From assembly GCA_977017575.1 (NCBI GenBank), contig CDRNVI010000144.1:310001-374000 (forward strand): 64,000 bases of DNA. The letters are read 5' to 3'. This document shows positions 1-10,804 of the stretch, one piece after another. Made by a program: the position numbers and the translations under genes. Origin of the DNA: Paramoeba atlantica (taxonomy: Eukaryota > Protista > Discosea). The number at the start of each line of letters is the position of its first letter. The first letter of the stretch is position 1. Under the pieces are notes generated by a model. That model was not told the DNA's origin. It searched no databases and saw nothing but the letters and a program-made list of their open reading frames with translations.

Positions 1-297
1 GTTCTTGGAAGAAGGTCTTCATACGATTACTGGGTGGTCGAGATGCAACTGGGCAGTTGAGATAAAGAAGATCCTGAATATATGCTTAAGGAAATGATTC
101 TCTTGGAGGTTTTTATTCAATTTTTGGTCTGAATGAAGAGACAAATGCCAAACAACAATATCTTATTAGGATATTTTGTGTTCGTTTCCGTTCGGTTCCT
201 TGTTTGCACGTTTCTGGTTTGACCAAGAGAATCGAAAGAGTTTTGTTTTCGAAGCTGCAAAGGATTTCCGTATTTACACCTCTCCCCCCTTTTTGAA
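1..297 (-). mobile_element. Putative 3' end of an LTR retrotransposon: polypurine tract (279-297) followed by LTR start (TG at 278, running off the window)
   Basis: The minus strand reads a purine tract (TTCAAAA-G run-AGAGG) then TGTAAATA, with AATAAA further into the LTR. The preceding codons (EDT*FFKKGG) resemble typical gypsy pol ends. No partner LTR is visible. Confidence 0.4.
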
Positions 298-352
298 AAA
301 TCAAGTGTCCTCACTTGGCCAACTCTTCTTGAATTGTTTGTTCGAGTCTGAC

Positions 353-480
353 TGTCAAGGATAGCAAAATAGCAAAATAGCAAAGATAGCAAGGGAAAAA
401 CCACACGAGTGGAAAGCCCTTGGTTCGAGGGAAAACCAGGACAAACACAGCGCAAAAAACCATCAGGCGTGAAAGTAGAA
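353..480 (-). repeat. LTR-like segment homologous to 19146-19260
   Basis: About 90 bp align by eye (CAAGGGAAAAACCACA...GGAAAGCCCTTGG...GAGGGAAAAC...GCAAAAAACC..CAGG). Both copies end in ...ACA on the minus strand (TGT at 353 and 19146). Confidence 0.55.
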
Positions 481-525
481 AAAAAAAATTCGATCTCCTT
501 TCGCAGTTCCGGAAGATTAGTCTCT

Positions 526-3025
526 TTATCCCTTCATTTCGAGGTAATTTTCTAATTCATTCCCATGTGAATCTTTCACATCTTCTTCGTACATCCAACG
601 TTTTTGAATTCTTCCTCTGCCAGTAGGGCCAACAACAAGATATTGATTATATCCATCGTATATTCTTTCTTGGATAATTTGGGTGTCAAATCCCTTATTT
701 TCTTGTCCAAGGTTTGAATTTGTGGATTGTGTTAATTTTCGTCTTTTTCTGAATTCTCTCAGGAGAATGGTCTCGCGGAGGATTTTATGAATTTCTCTCC
801 TTGCATTCTCTTTTTCTAAGAGGTAATCTTTCAGAAGTTCAGAGTCTTTTAATTGTTCATGTAAAAACCATTCATATCTTATTTTTCCTGCTGCAGTGGT
901 GATCTGAACATGATATTTTTTCGGTTGTCCAGAATCATTCTCACTCAGGATTTTGTATTGAAGACTTCAGACGTCCTTTCCCAGGTTCCAACTGGAGGGT
1001 CTCTTCTGATTGTTCCATGGGCTCTAAAGTTATCCATTCAACTGTTTTCAATTCACCAATTTCCCCACAGGTTCTGGAAGAACCGCGGAAATTTGAGAAT
1101 TGTCTTTATTTTTCTGCAAAAAGGGAAAGTCAATGTTTGCCCATGCAACAATTTTCGGAATTCGATTTTTCCTTTATCAAAGTCAAGGACAGCTCCAATC
1201 TTTGAAAGAAATGGAGTTCCAAAAATAATGCTGGAAGAGAGCTCATTTAAGATTGTGAACCCAGTGTCTCCTCCTTTCCCCAGCAGCAATGTCGATTTCA
1301 AGGAGAACTTCCTCCCTTGGTTTGACACTTGTTTTGTTTGCCATAGTGACCTTGCTGCCTTGATATGGTCTTCTCATTCTTGGTACAATGTTTTTAATGA
1401 GCTTTTCTCGACACCACATCAATTCCAGCACCAGAATCACAAAGTGCTTGTATGCATTTTTGATCAACAGTACAAGGGGTGTATGGTTAACACAATTGTT
1501 ATTTATTTGACTCAGTTTCGGAAATACTTCTCTCGTCAAGATCTTCTTGTCAAATATAACAAATCCTTTGTCAGTCAGATTAACCAAAGTGTGATTTGTA
1601 TCCTGTTTCCAAGATCTCTTAGTATTTTTCAGATTTGTCAAATTGTAAAGAAGTCAAACCTTGCCAGTATTTTTGTGCCCTCTTCAGGTGTTAGTGTTCC
1701 ACCTTCCATTGCATCAAAAAGTTCGGAAGCTCTTTCAATTAGTTTCCAGAACTTCTTTTGAGGTTCTTTCCGTCTTTGGGAGTCAGTTTTCATGGGGGGG
1801 GGTTCTGGTCTCCCCGTGTAGCCATTTTTGATAATCCATTGTCTCAGGGTACTCCTTTTGGATTGCTTTGGAATATTGTTCCATTGCTCTCCTCCAGGGG
1901 GGTCCTTACCGAAAATGGCATTTGACAATTGCGAACCCTTATGAATTTCGCAGTGTTCAACCAGAAACACTGGCGACTTCCATGGTCTGTAAAGCCGCAA
2001 AGTGGACATCTCATCTTCCCTTGAGTCCTGAAAGAAGCTGCGGATTCAGACCGCAATCCCTCCATCAAGCGACAAAGTCAGAGAAGATGAGCTCCACCAC
2101 AAATGAAACAAAAAGGTTCTTCCCTCTTTCTCTTTCGATCAGTTTGGTCCGCAATCTTTTGATACTCTGCCGTATCCTGAACTCCAATCTTTGCTAATCG
2201 AGGTTCTGGCGTCGAGCACTCCAGAGTGAACTTCAGATCGACAAGAAATCTCTTCACTGTATACTTCGCCTTGAATACAGACCCTTGTTCAAATTTCTCA
2301 GCAAATTCGTCAATAATATCTCTATCACGCGCATCCCTTCGAGAAATTTTGTTCTTCTTCAAATATAGATCGAGAAAATGGGTCGCGTACTGCTGGAACT
2401 TGCTCATTTTCGAATTAGGCATTCGAAAATTTTGGTACCTGGACGAGTCTGTCCTCTCCTCTTCAGTTTGTCCAAACATTTTCCGCAAAGCCTCAAGCAA
2501 AACAAGTGGATCTTGGGACTCGCTCACCATCTTCCAGCTAATTGAGTTAGGCAGTTTGATAAATAACTTCAGATCCCTCCCAAGAGGTGCCACATTTGGC
2601 CAGACTTTTGAGTTCAGCTTCTCTCTCACCACATAACAAAAATCGTTCACTTCAGTGGGGTCCGAAAAATTCGTTTCTTTTACCAGTTCTCTCAGATTAT
2701 CTCTTTGAGCCTTTGTATACGTTCCAGAGTCTTGAGATGGGTAAGGGTCGATCCATCAACATCGAGCTGAGTTGAGAGATTTGTCTTCTCATGCCACTCA
2801 AGTCCTTGTTCATCAGCTGTCTCTCTTCTCAGAGTTGAAGAAAACTGTTCTGGAGGTCTTCATAAGAGGGCGCCTCATCTTTCCCATTTCCACGAACAGG
2901 TGAAAGGCCATCAAGTAGATATCGGTGAGATTCATCTCTCATCACAAACCGAGATGAAGTTGAAGAACCTGAAGAACCCGAAGAACTTGAAAAGGAGTTG
3001 AAAAACTTGAAGGAGTTGAAGAACT
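526..3025 (-). pseudogene. Decayed retroelement polyprotein: Gag (capsid-like plus two zinc knuckles), aspartic protease, two chromodomain-like repeats; no RT/RNase H/integrase. 5' part continues at 6060-6127 beyond the inserted DNA transposon
   Basis: Knuckles CFICGGAHLL*LC and CPLCGFTDHGSRQC. Retropepsin motif DSGA at 1427-1438 with C-terminal IIFGTPFLSKIGAVLDF. Two related modules (KKYHVQ...EWFLHEQLKDSELLKDYL at ~810-960; NQYLVV...RWMYEEDVKDSHGNELENYL at ~530-690) end at TAA 526-528. Several TGA stops and frameshifts. Confidence 0.8.
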
Positions 3026-3197
3026 GAGGGTTTCTTTCCTGTGTTGAAAAACTGCAAAAAGGCTAAAAAAGACCTCCTTTTTCGAAGAACCGCCTGAGAT
3101 GAACCGCTTGGAGGGGGAAAGCAGTTCATGAAACTTCGACACGAAAAAAAAATTGTTGGAGAAATTTTATTCAGAATTTCTATCTCCGACCTTTAAT

Positions 3198-4438
3198 TCA
3201 CACTTCTTGCTCTTCTTCCTCTCCCTCCTCTTCTTCCTCTGCTTCCTCTCCCTCCTCCTCTCCCTCCTCCTCTCCCTCTGCTTCCTCTCCCTTCCCCTCT
3301 CCCTCTGCTTCCTCTCCCTTCTCCTCTCCCTCTGCTTCCTCTCCCTCCTCTTCCCCTTCAATCAAAGGCCCCTTAAAATACTTCATCTCTGTAAAGTTAA
3401 AATGGTTTTCCCCTAATTGTTTTCCTGCTTTCTCAAGTTGGGCAAAAAAACTTTGAAAACATTGATCCACAAAAACCTCTCTTTTCTTCAATTCAGAAAG
3501 GAGATTGCTCTTTTTCTCAATCTTTTGTTGAAGAGGGAGATCAGAACACAGTGACAGCTCAACAAGAGTCTGGTTTAGGAGGAGGTCACTTTGTTGGAGA
3601 GAAATCATCATCCGAGTGACTGCCTCTCCAAGAAGAACCAACAAACTCCGGTCAGCATGGATCATGGACATCATTCTGTCCATGTTGGAGTGTCTCTGTT
3701 GTCGCCTTTGTTTGACTTCTTCATCTGTTCGGTCAATCGCTCTCTTCATTTCTTCATCAGAGGTTCTCGAAGAACGTGTTTATTTTTTTGGATTCGCTCA
3801 ATCGCTCTCGGGTAGTTAACACCATTCAACGTGATCTCCTTCATTAAGTAGTAGTCTTCTTGGAGGGAAAAAGTTCGTCCTTTTCCTTTTCCTCTTCCGC
3901 CTCTCCCTCCTCTTCCTGTTCCTCTTCCTTTTCCTCTTCCTGTTCCTCTCCCTCTTGATTGAGAAGACGAAGGAGGAGTGGTAGCAGTGGCAGCAGGGGC
4001 ACCAGCATCAGCAGGGGCACCAGCATCAGCAGGAGTGGGAGCAGGAGCAGGAGCTGCAGGAGCTGGAGCAGTAGGAGCTGGAGCAGCAGGAGCTGGAGCA
4101 GCAGGAGCTGGAGCAGCAGGAGCTGGAGCAGCAGGAGTAGAAGTGGGAGCAGGAACCGCAGGAGCCGCAGGAGCTGGAGTGGGAGCAGGAGCTGTGGGAG
4201 CTGGAGCACCAGTGGCAGCAGGAACAGGAGTCGTGGGAGCTGGAGCAGCAGCAGGAGTAGGAGCAGAAGGAGCCTTTCTTGGAGGGCCTCCAACCTTTCT
4301 CCCTCTCTGTAAACTACTTCCACTTTCTCTTCCTCTTCTCCCTTTTCCCCCTCCTCCCCCTCTTCCCCCTCTTCCCCCCTCTTCCCCCTCTTCCCCCTCT
4401 TCCCTCACTTCCCTCACTTCCTTCTCTACCTTTTCCAT
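3198..4438 (-). CDS. Transposon accessory protein: acidic/Gly-rich N-terminus, Pro/Ala linker, GRG repeats, Myb/SANT-like domain, C-terminal coiled/acidic region; one frameshift near 3760
   Basis: ATG at 4438 (MEKVEKEV). FSLQEDYYLMKEITLNGVNYPRAIERIQKNKHVL(x)RTSDEEMKR fits the Myb/SANT pattern once ORFs 3746..4507 and 3198..3749 are joined. PIF/Harbinger elements are known to encode a Myb/SANT partner. Confidence 0.7.
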
Positions 4439-4527
4439 TTTGGTCAGGTTCAAAAATCTTTCGGGGTGCTCGTTTTCTCTTTTGCCCAGTTTCTGGGAGA
4501 CAATCAAACATAGAAGACATCTCTGGG

Positions 4528-4572
4528 ATAACTTTCACGACGAATAACTTTCACGAAGGATAACTTTCACGA
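4528..4572. promoter_or_regulatory. Three exact copies of ATAACTTTCACGA (16-bp period) in the divergent promoter region of the transposon
   Basis: Copies at 4528-4540, 4544-4556 and 4560-4572, between the Myb-like ATG (4438) and the transposase ATG (4699). Confidence 0.5.
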
Positions 4573-4698
4573 AAAAGGTGGCTTGGGTGTGACACTCTTT
4601 CAGGTAGCATGCAGGAAGGATTTTTTTTGTTGGTGTTTTCCTTTCAAAAAAAAATCTAAAACTTCCTTTTTGTTTTTAGGTATTTTCTTTTTTGAAGA

Positions 4699-5909
4699 AT
4701 GCTCTCAGAAAGTGAACTCCTTTTTTTCCTTCATCGCCAACGACAAAAACGAATCCTGTTTTTGAATCATGTTTATTTGTGGTACCTCAAACTTCTTCAA
4801 AAAGAGTTGGGAAAAACTGTGAAATTTTCTTCAATTGTTATGCAACGATATTTGCGAAATGGGTATGGGGTTGCACGTCGAAGAAAAAGAGGTCTCAAAC
4901 GAAGATCACCTACCATTCAGAAGCCTGGTTCTGTATCCCTTGATTCCTTTGCAACATCTTCTCTCTTTAGCCTCACTGGAATTGATAACGATGACTTTAC
5001 CGAAATTTTTTCAGCAATTGAGCCATTGATGCATCGAGGAAAAAACCTTTTGAAGTCTTGATCAATCTTGACAGCTCCAGCTCGCTTAGTTGCTGTCTTT
5101 TATTATTTGAGGCATGCCCCAAACCGAAAGACTCTCTCTCTCACATTTGGTGTTCATTGGAAGACTTTGTGGGCTGATAGAATGTTCTTACTTCCTTTGA
5201 TTTGGAAGTATCTGCGATCAACATCTCGCATTGGATGGGTTTCATCTCCAGAAAAGTCTTTTTTTTCTTGGAATAGAGCGTGCCTGGCAATTGACTGCAC
5301 TTCTCATTTTCGGGATCGTGTCCACCCTGGTCACTCATTTTATTATCGAGGAGACAAAGGTGCCACTTTTCTTTCTGTTCAGCTAGTGATTGACCTTGCT
5401 GGGTCAAAAATTTTCGGTTTTGACATTCTTCGTGGGCACAATAATGATCAAGGTACATTTTTTTTTAAAAAAAAATTTAAAAGATGGATTTTTTTTCACT
5501 TCATTTATTTAAAGGGGCCTTAGAGCAAACCAAATTAGATGAGTTCATTTCAAAAAATGGCATTCACATTCTTGGTGATGGAGGCTACCATCATGGCAAC
5601 ATTCTTGTTCCAAAAGATGTCCAAGGAGAAGACCGAGCAACACAAAACTTCCTTCGCGGGATTGTTGAGATTTTTTTTGGTTTGGTTCAAGTGTTCAAAA
5701 TCGCAAAAAATCGATTTTCAGGATCCCCTTCCCAGCAAGCACTTGTTTTGTCAATTGTGTATGAACTGGCAGGAAGGATAATTGAAAAGCATCCAATCCG
5801 CCCCCATTTGTTGAAATTGCAGTCAAACCTTCCACCAACTTGCCAACCTGTTGCTTCTGCTTCTGAGTTGGAGTTATTCAACTATTTTCTTGACAATATT
5901 TCAGAATAA
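4699..5909 (+). CDS. DDE_Tnp_4-type (IS5/PIF-Harbinger) transposase with one intron (5453-5514) and one in-frame TGA (5059-5061)
   Basis: HTH_Tnp_4-like segment LTGIDNDDF...RLVAVFYYLRH...LSLTFGV. Catalytic triad AIDCT / LGDGGY / RGIVEIFFG. The 62-nt GT-AG intron joins HNNDQG to ALEQ in frame. Confidence 0.9.
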
Positions 5910-6126
5910 ACAATTTTTCACAAAACAATGATTTCAAATTATTTTAATTCTTTCAATTGTTTTCATGAACTGCTTTCACCCTCCAAGCGGTTCAGCAAAA
6001 GCGGTTCATCATTTAGCGCACCAATTCAAGCTCTTGAACCGTAGATAGAAACCCTCACTGGAAAGGAGCTGAGGAACTTGAGAGAATTGAAGAACTTGAA
6101 GGAGTTGAAGAACTCGCAGGAGTCAA

Positions 6127-6512
6127 TTGTCTCAAGCTGATATTGATTGAATGGTGAAGGATGCTGAACAGTTTAAGGATGAAGATGAGGAAGCTCGTAA
6201 GAAGGTTGAAGCGAAGAATGGACTTGAGAACTATGCTTACTCTTTGTTGCTGAGTTTGAACACAGGAGGAAGGAATTGGAAGAGAAGGTGATGCCAATCT
6301 TCTCCAAGATCTACCAAGGAGCTGGTGGTGAGGGTGGTGTGCCTGGTGGTATGCCCAGTGGTATGCCAGGAGGAGGTATGCCTGGTGGATTCCCTGGTGG
6401 AGCTGGTGGATTCCCTGGTGGTGATTCTGGTTCTGGAGGTTTCTCTGGTTCTGGTGGAAATGCAGGAGGATCTGGTTCTTCTGCTGAACCCAAGATCGAG
6501 GAAGTTGATTAA
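6127..6512 (+). pseudogene. HSP70: 3' fragment of a cytosolic Hsp70 with internal deletion and premature stop
   Basis: [39 protein letters not shown], then (after a gap) [25 protein letters not shown] repeats and terminal IEEVD-TAA. No ATPase or substrate-binding domain upstream. Confidence 0.9.
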
Positions 6513-7249
6513 AATTTTGTTGAATACTTTCTCTTTCCTTTTGTATAAAATAAATAAATTATTGGTTGAAAAATATTTATTATTATTATTAAAATAATTT
6601 TTTTTTTCTCTCTCTTTTGGAACTCTTTTGGAACTCTCACAACAATCTCAACAAAAGGAGAGGAGATCTCTCACACACACAAACAATCCAATCCCTTTGC
6701 CCCTGTCAAGTTAGCAAAAGAACATCACACAGTTTCATTAACCCACCAGACAGAATCCCCACCTCGACTACCATTTTTTTCTCTTGTCAACTTCATCCTC
6801 TCTTTTCTCTTTGCTTTTTGTTGTTTTTTCTCTCCTCTGGGACCATCTCCTGAAAAATAATGAAATCAGATCAATCTGGTGATCTCTTTTTGTTAAAAAC
6901 GCCTCCTCTTTTTGAATTTCCCCCCACCACACTCTCGCTGCTGCATACATGCTTGAAAATCCCCAAAGAGGCTGCAATATTTGTTTTGTACACAAATATT
7001 GTAGTCTTTTTGGCTTCAATAAAAAGATTAAAGGTACATGTTACACACACACTACTCCTCAGGAAGAGGGGGGAAAAAGTAAGAGAGAAGGAAAAAAAAG
7101 AAAAAAGAAAAAACAAATAAAAAAATAAACAAATAAAAAAGAAAAACAAGAAAAAATAAATAAAAACAAAACAAAAAAACAAAAGGAAAAATAAAAAAAA
7201 AAAAAAGAAAAAGAAGAAAAAAGGAAAAGGAAAAACAAAATAAAGGGGA

Positions 7250-7362
7250 AAAGGAGAGGGAAAGAGAAAAGAAAGAGTCAAAAGAAAAAAAAAGAAAGAA
7301 AAGGGAAAGGAAAGGGAAAAGGAAAAAAAAAAGAAAAAGAAAACAAAAAAACAAAAACAAAG

Positions 7363-7394
<32 letters not shown>

Positions 7395-8430
7395 AAAAAA
7401 AAGAAAAAAAAGAAAAAAAAAAGAAAAAAAAAGGAAAAAAAAGGAAAAAAAAAGAAAAAAAAAGAAAAAAAAAGAAAAAAAAAGAAAAAAAAAAGAAAAA
7501 AAAGAAAAAGAAAAGAAAAAGAAAAGAAAAAAAGAAACAAGAAAGAAAAAAGAAAAAAAAAAGAGAAAAAAAGAGAAGAAAAAAAGAAAAGATAAAAGAA
7601 ACAAAGAGAAGAAAAAAGAAAAAAAGAAAGAAAAAAGAAAAAGAAAAAAGGAAAGGAAAAAAAAGGAAAGGGGGAAGGAAGAGGGAAAAGAGAAAAAGAA
7701 AAAAGAGAGAACCAACAATTTTCTTTTTATTTTCGCTTTGATCAAGAAAAGAAAGGAGAAAGAGGAGGAAAAGGGAAAAAAACAAAAAAAAACAAAAAAA
7801 AACAAAAAAAAAGAAAAGAAAACAAAGGAAAAAAATAAAATAAAAAAACAAAAAAAACAAAAAAAAAGAAAAGAAAAGAAGAGAACAATAAACAAAACAA
7901 AACAAAACAAAACAAACAAAACAAACAAAAAGAAAAAAAAAGAAAAAAAAAAGAAAAAAGAAAAAAAAGAAAAAAGAAAAAAAAAAAAAAGAAAAAAAAA
8001 AGAAAAAAAAAAGAAAAAAAAAAGAAAAGAAAAAACTGTGAAGAAAAAGGATCTCTTTTGATACGTGATTTCACTCTTTTCTATTTCAACGACTTCACTG
8101 TCTTAAAAGGAAAGAAAGAGAAGGAAAGAAAAGAAAAGAGAAAGAGAAAGAGGGGAAAGAAGAGAAAAGAGAAGGGGGAGAAGATTAAAAAGAGGAAAGA
8201 GAAAAGATAAAAAAGACAAAAACAAAAGATGAAAGAAAAGAAAAAAAAAAGGAAAAACACAAAACAAAAGAAAAAAAGAAAAAAGAAAAAACAAAAGAAA
8301 AAAAACAAAGAAAAAAAAGAAAAAAAACAAAAGAAAAAAAGAAAAAAATCAATGAAGAAAAAAGGAACATTTTTTTAATACGTGAATTACACTCTCTTCA
8401 ATTAAACAACTTTCCTGTGTTAAGGAGAAA
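7250..8430 (-). repeat. Local partial duplicate of the 3' portion of the LRR-type gene (about 10030-11130), plus a more diverged exon copy at ~8350-8420
   Basis: Shared unique exons LLDQSENKKKIVG (~7715-7745 vs ~10490-10520) and EVVEIEKSEITYQK (~8040-8105 vs ~10855-10920), with matching low-complexity introns. Confidence 0.7.
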
Positions 8431-9464
8431 AGAAAGAGAAAGAAAGAGAGAAGGAAAAAGAGAGAAAAAGAGAAGAGAGGGGAAAAGATTAAAAAGAGGA
8501 AAGATAAAGAGGAAAAGATAAAAAAAAAAACAAAACAAAACAAAAACAAAAAGAAAAAGAAAAAGAAAAAAAGAAAAAAAGAAAAGAAAAGAAAAGAAAA
8601 AAAAAGAAAAAAAAAAGAAAAAAACAAAAAGAAAAAAAACAAAAAGAAAAAGAAAAAAAACAAAAAGGAAAAGAAAAAAAACAAAAAAAAACAAAAAAAA
8701 AAGAAAAAAAAAAGAAAAAAAAGAAAAAAAAAAAGAAAGAAAAGAAAGAAAAAGAAAAGAAAAGAGAAAGAGAAAAAGAAAAAGAAAAAGAAAAAAAAGA
8801 AAGAAAAAAAGAAAAAAAGAAAAAAGAAAAAAAAGAAAAAAAAGAAAGAAAAGAAAAAAAAAAAAAAAGAAAAAAAAGAAAAAAAAGAAAGAAAAGAAAA
8901 AAAAAAAAAGAAAGAAAAAAAGAAAAAGAAAAAGAAAAAGAAAAAGAAAAAAAAGAAAGAAAAAGAAAGAAAAAAAAGAAAGAAAAGAAAAAGAAAAAGA
9001 AGAAAAAAAAGAAAAGAAAAATAAAAAGAGAAAAAAAAAAAAAAAAAAGAAAGAAAAAAGAATAAACCTCAAGAAAAAAAGAGAACATGATCCCACCTCT
9101 TCCCAACTTTCCCAAGCATCCCAACCTTCCCCAACCTTCCTAAACTTCCCCAACCTTCCTAACCTTCCCCTCCTTTCCCAACCTTCCCAACCTTCCTTTC
9201 CCTCTTCCCCTCACCTCTTCCCTCCTTCTCTCCTCCTTCTCTCCTTCTTCCTCTTTCCCTTTTTTTTTTACTTTTTTTTTTTTTTTAATTTAATTCTTTT
9301 TTTCATCTCGCTTTTTTCTTTTTTCTCTTTCCTCTTTTCTTCCCTCTCCTTTCGCTCTTTCCTCCCTGGCAGGGGAAAAAAATTATTTTAGCACAAAAAA
9401 AAAGATTTTAGGGTTCATAATTTTTCAAAAAAAAAAAGAAAAAAGAAAAAAAGAAAAAAAAAGA

Positions 9465-9496
<32 letters not shown>

Positions 9497-9539
9497 AAAA
9501 AAAAGAAAAAAAGAAGAAAAAAAAGAGAAAAACCCTGAT

Positions 9540-10772
9540 TGAGACAATAAACAAAGACCAATTAAGGAAAAGGATCTTCTTGACACTCTTCTCTGATTCG
9601 AGTAATTCAGTGTCCCCTCAAAGAATTGATGAATTCACAACATTTTTGTCTTTTATCTGTTTTGAAATAAAAGATAAGATAAGATAAAAAAGAAAGAAAA
9701 AGAAAAAGAGAAAGAGAAAGAGGGGGAAAAAAGAGAAAAAGAGAAAAAAAGAAAAGAGAAGAAAGAGAAGAAAGAAGAAAGAGAAGAAAGAAGAAAGAGA
9801 GAAAAAGGAGAAAGAAGAGTACCTGAATGGTTTTTTCGAGAAAGAAAGGAAAGAAAAGGAAAAAAGAAAAGAGAGAAAAGAGAAAAGAGATAAGAGATAA
9901 GAGAAAAAAAGACTCAAAAGAAAAGAAAACCTTATCAAAAAAACAAGGAGAAAGAGAAGAAAAGAGAAGAGAAAAGAGAAAAAGAAAAAAAAAAAGAAAA
10001 AAGAGAAAAAAAGAAAAGGAAAAAGAAAAGGAAGGGAAAAAGGAGAGGGAAAGAGAAAAGAAAGGGTCAAAAGAAAAAAAAAAGAAAGAAAAGGGAAAAG
10101 GAAAAAAAAAAGAAAGAGAAAACAAAAAAACAAAAGAAAACAAAAGAAAAAAAAAGAAAAAAAAAAGAAAAAAAAAAAGAAAAAAAAAAAAGAAAAAAAA
10201 AGAAAAAAAAAGAAAAAAAAAGAAAAAAAAAGAAAAAAAAAGAAAAAAAAAGAAAAAAAAGAAAAAGAAAAGAAAAAGAAAAGAAAAAAAAAGAAAAGAA
10301 AAAAAGAAGCAAGAAAGAAAAAAGAAAAAAAAAGAGAAAAAAAGAGAAGAAAAAAAGAAAAGATAAAAGAAACAAAGAGAAGAAAAAAGAAAAAAAGAAA
10401 GAAAAAAGATAAAGAAAAAAGGAAAAGGAAAAAAAAGGAAAGGGGAAGGAAGAGGGAAAAGAGAAAGAGAAAAAAGAGAGAACCAACAATTTTCTTTTTA
10501 TTTTCGCTTTGATCAAGAGAAGAAAGGAGAAAGAGGAGGAAAAGGGAAAAAAACAAAAAAAACAAAAAAAAAACAAAAAACAAAAAACAAAAAAAAACAA
10601 AAGAAAACAAAGGAAAAAAATAAAATAAAAAAACAAAAAAACAAAAAAAACAAAAAAAAAGAAAAGAAAAGAAAAGAACAATAAACAAAACAAAAAAAAA
10701 GAAAAAAAAAGAAAAAAAAAGAAAAAAAAAGAAAAAAAAAGAAAAAAGAAAAAAGAAAAAAAAAAGAAAAGA

Positions 10773-10804
<32 letters not shown>

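Larger units (their letters stand above)
3026..6056. mobile_element. Two-gene PIF/Harbinger-superfamily (PHIS) DNA transposon, 3,031 bp
   Basis: Perfect 10-bp TIRs GAGGGTTTCT (3026-3035) and AGAAACCCTC (6047-6056). 3-bp direct repeat ACT on both sides (3023-3025, 6057-6059). Subterminal inverted block (about 3099-3131 vs 5963-5995). Removing the element restores an open Ser-rich gag frame. Encodes a DDE transposase and a Myb-like protein head to head. Confidence 0.9.

Noticed and set aside
349-846. Solo LTR 349-841 with GAGTC target duplication
   Set aside because: The interval contains continuous chromodomain-like coding sequence belonging to the Gag-PR element, so the 5-bp match is probably coincidental.
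3844-4547. Gly/Ala-rich, Ser/Arg-rich and Leu/Gln-rich ORFs (3978..4547 +, 3959..4312 +, 3844..4323 -)
   Set aside because: They are alternative or antisense frames of the Pro/Ala linker of the Myb-like transposon protein.
9085-9250. CCCAACCTT-type repeats as collagen-like or G-quadruplex element
   Set aside because: Short, degenerate and frameshifted, with no supporting context.
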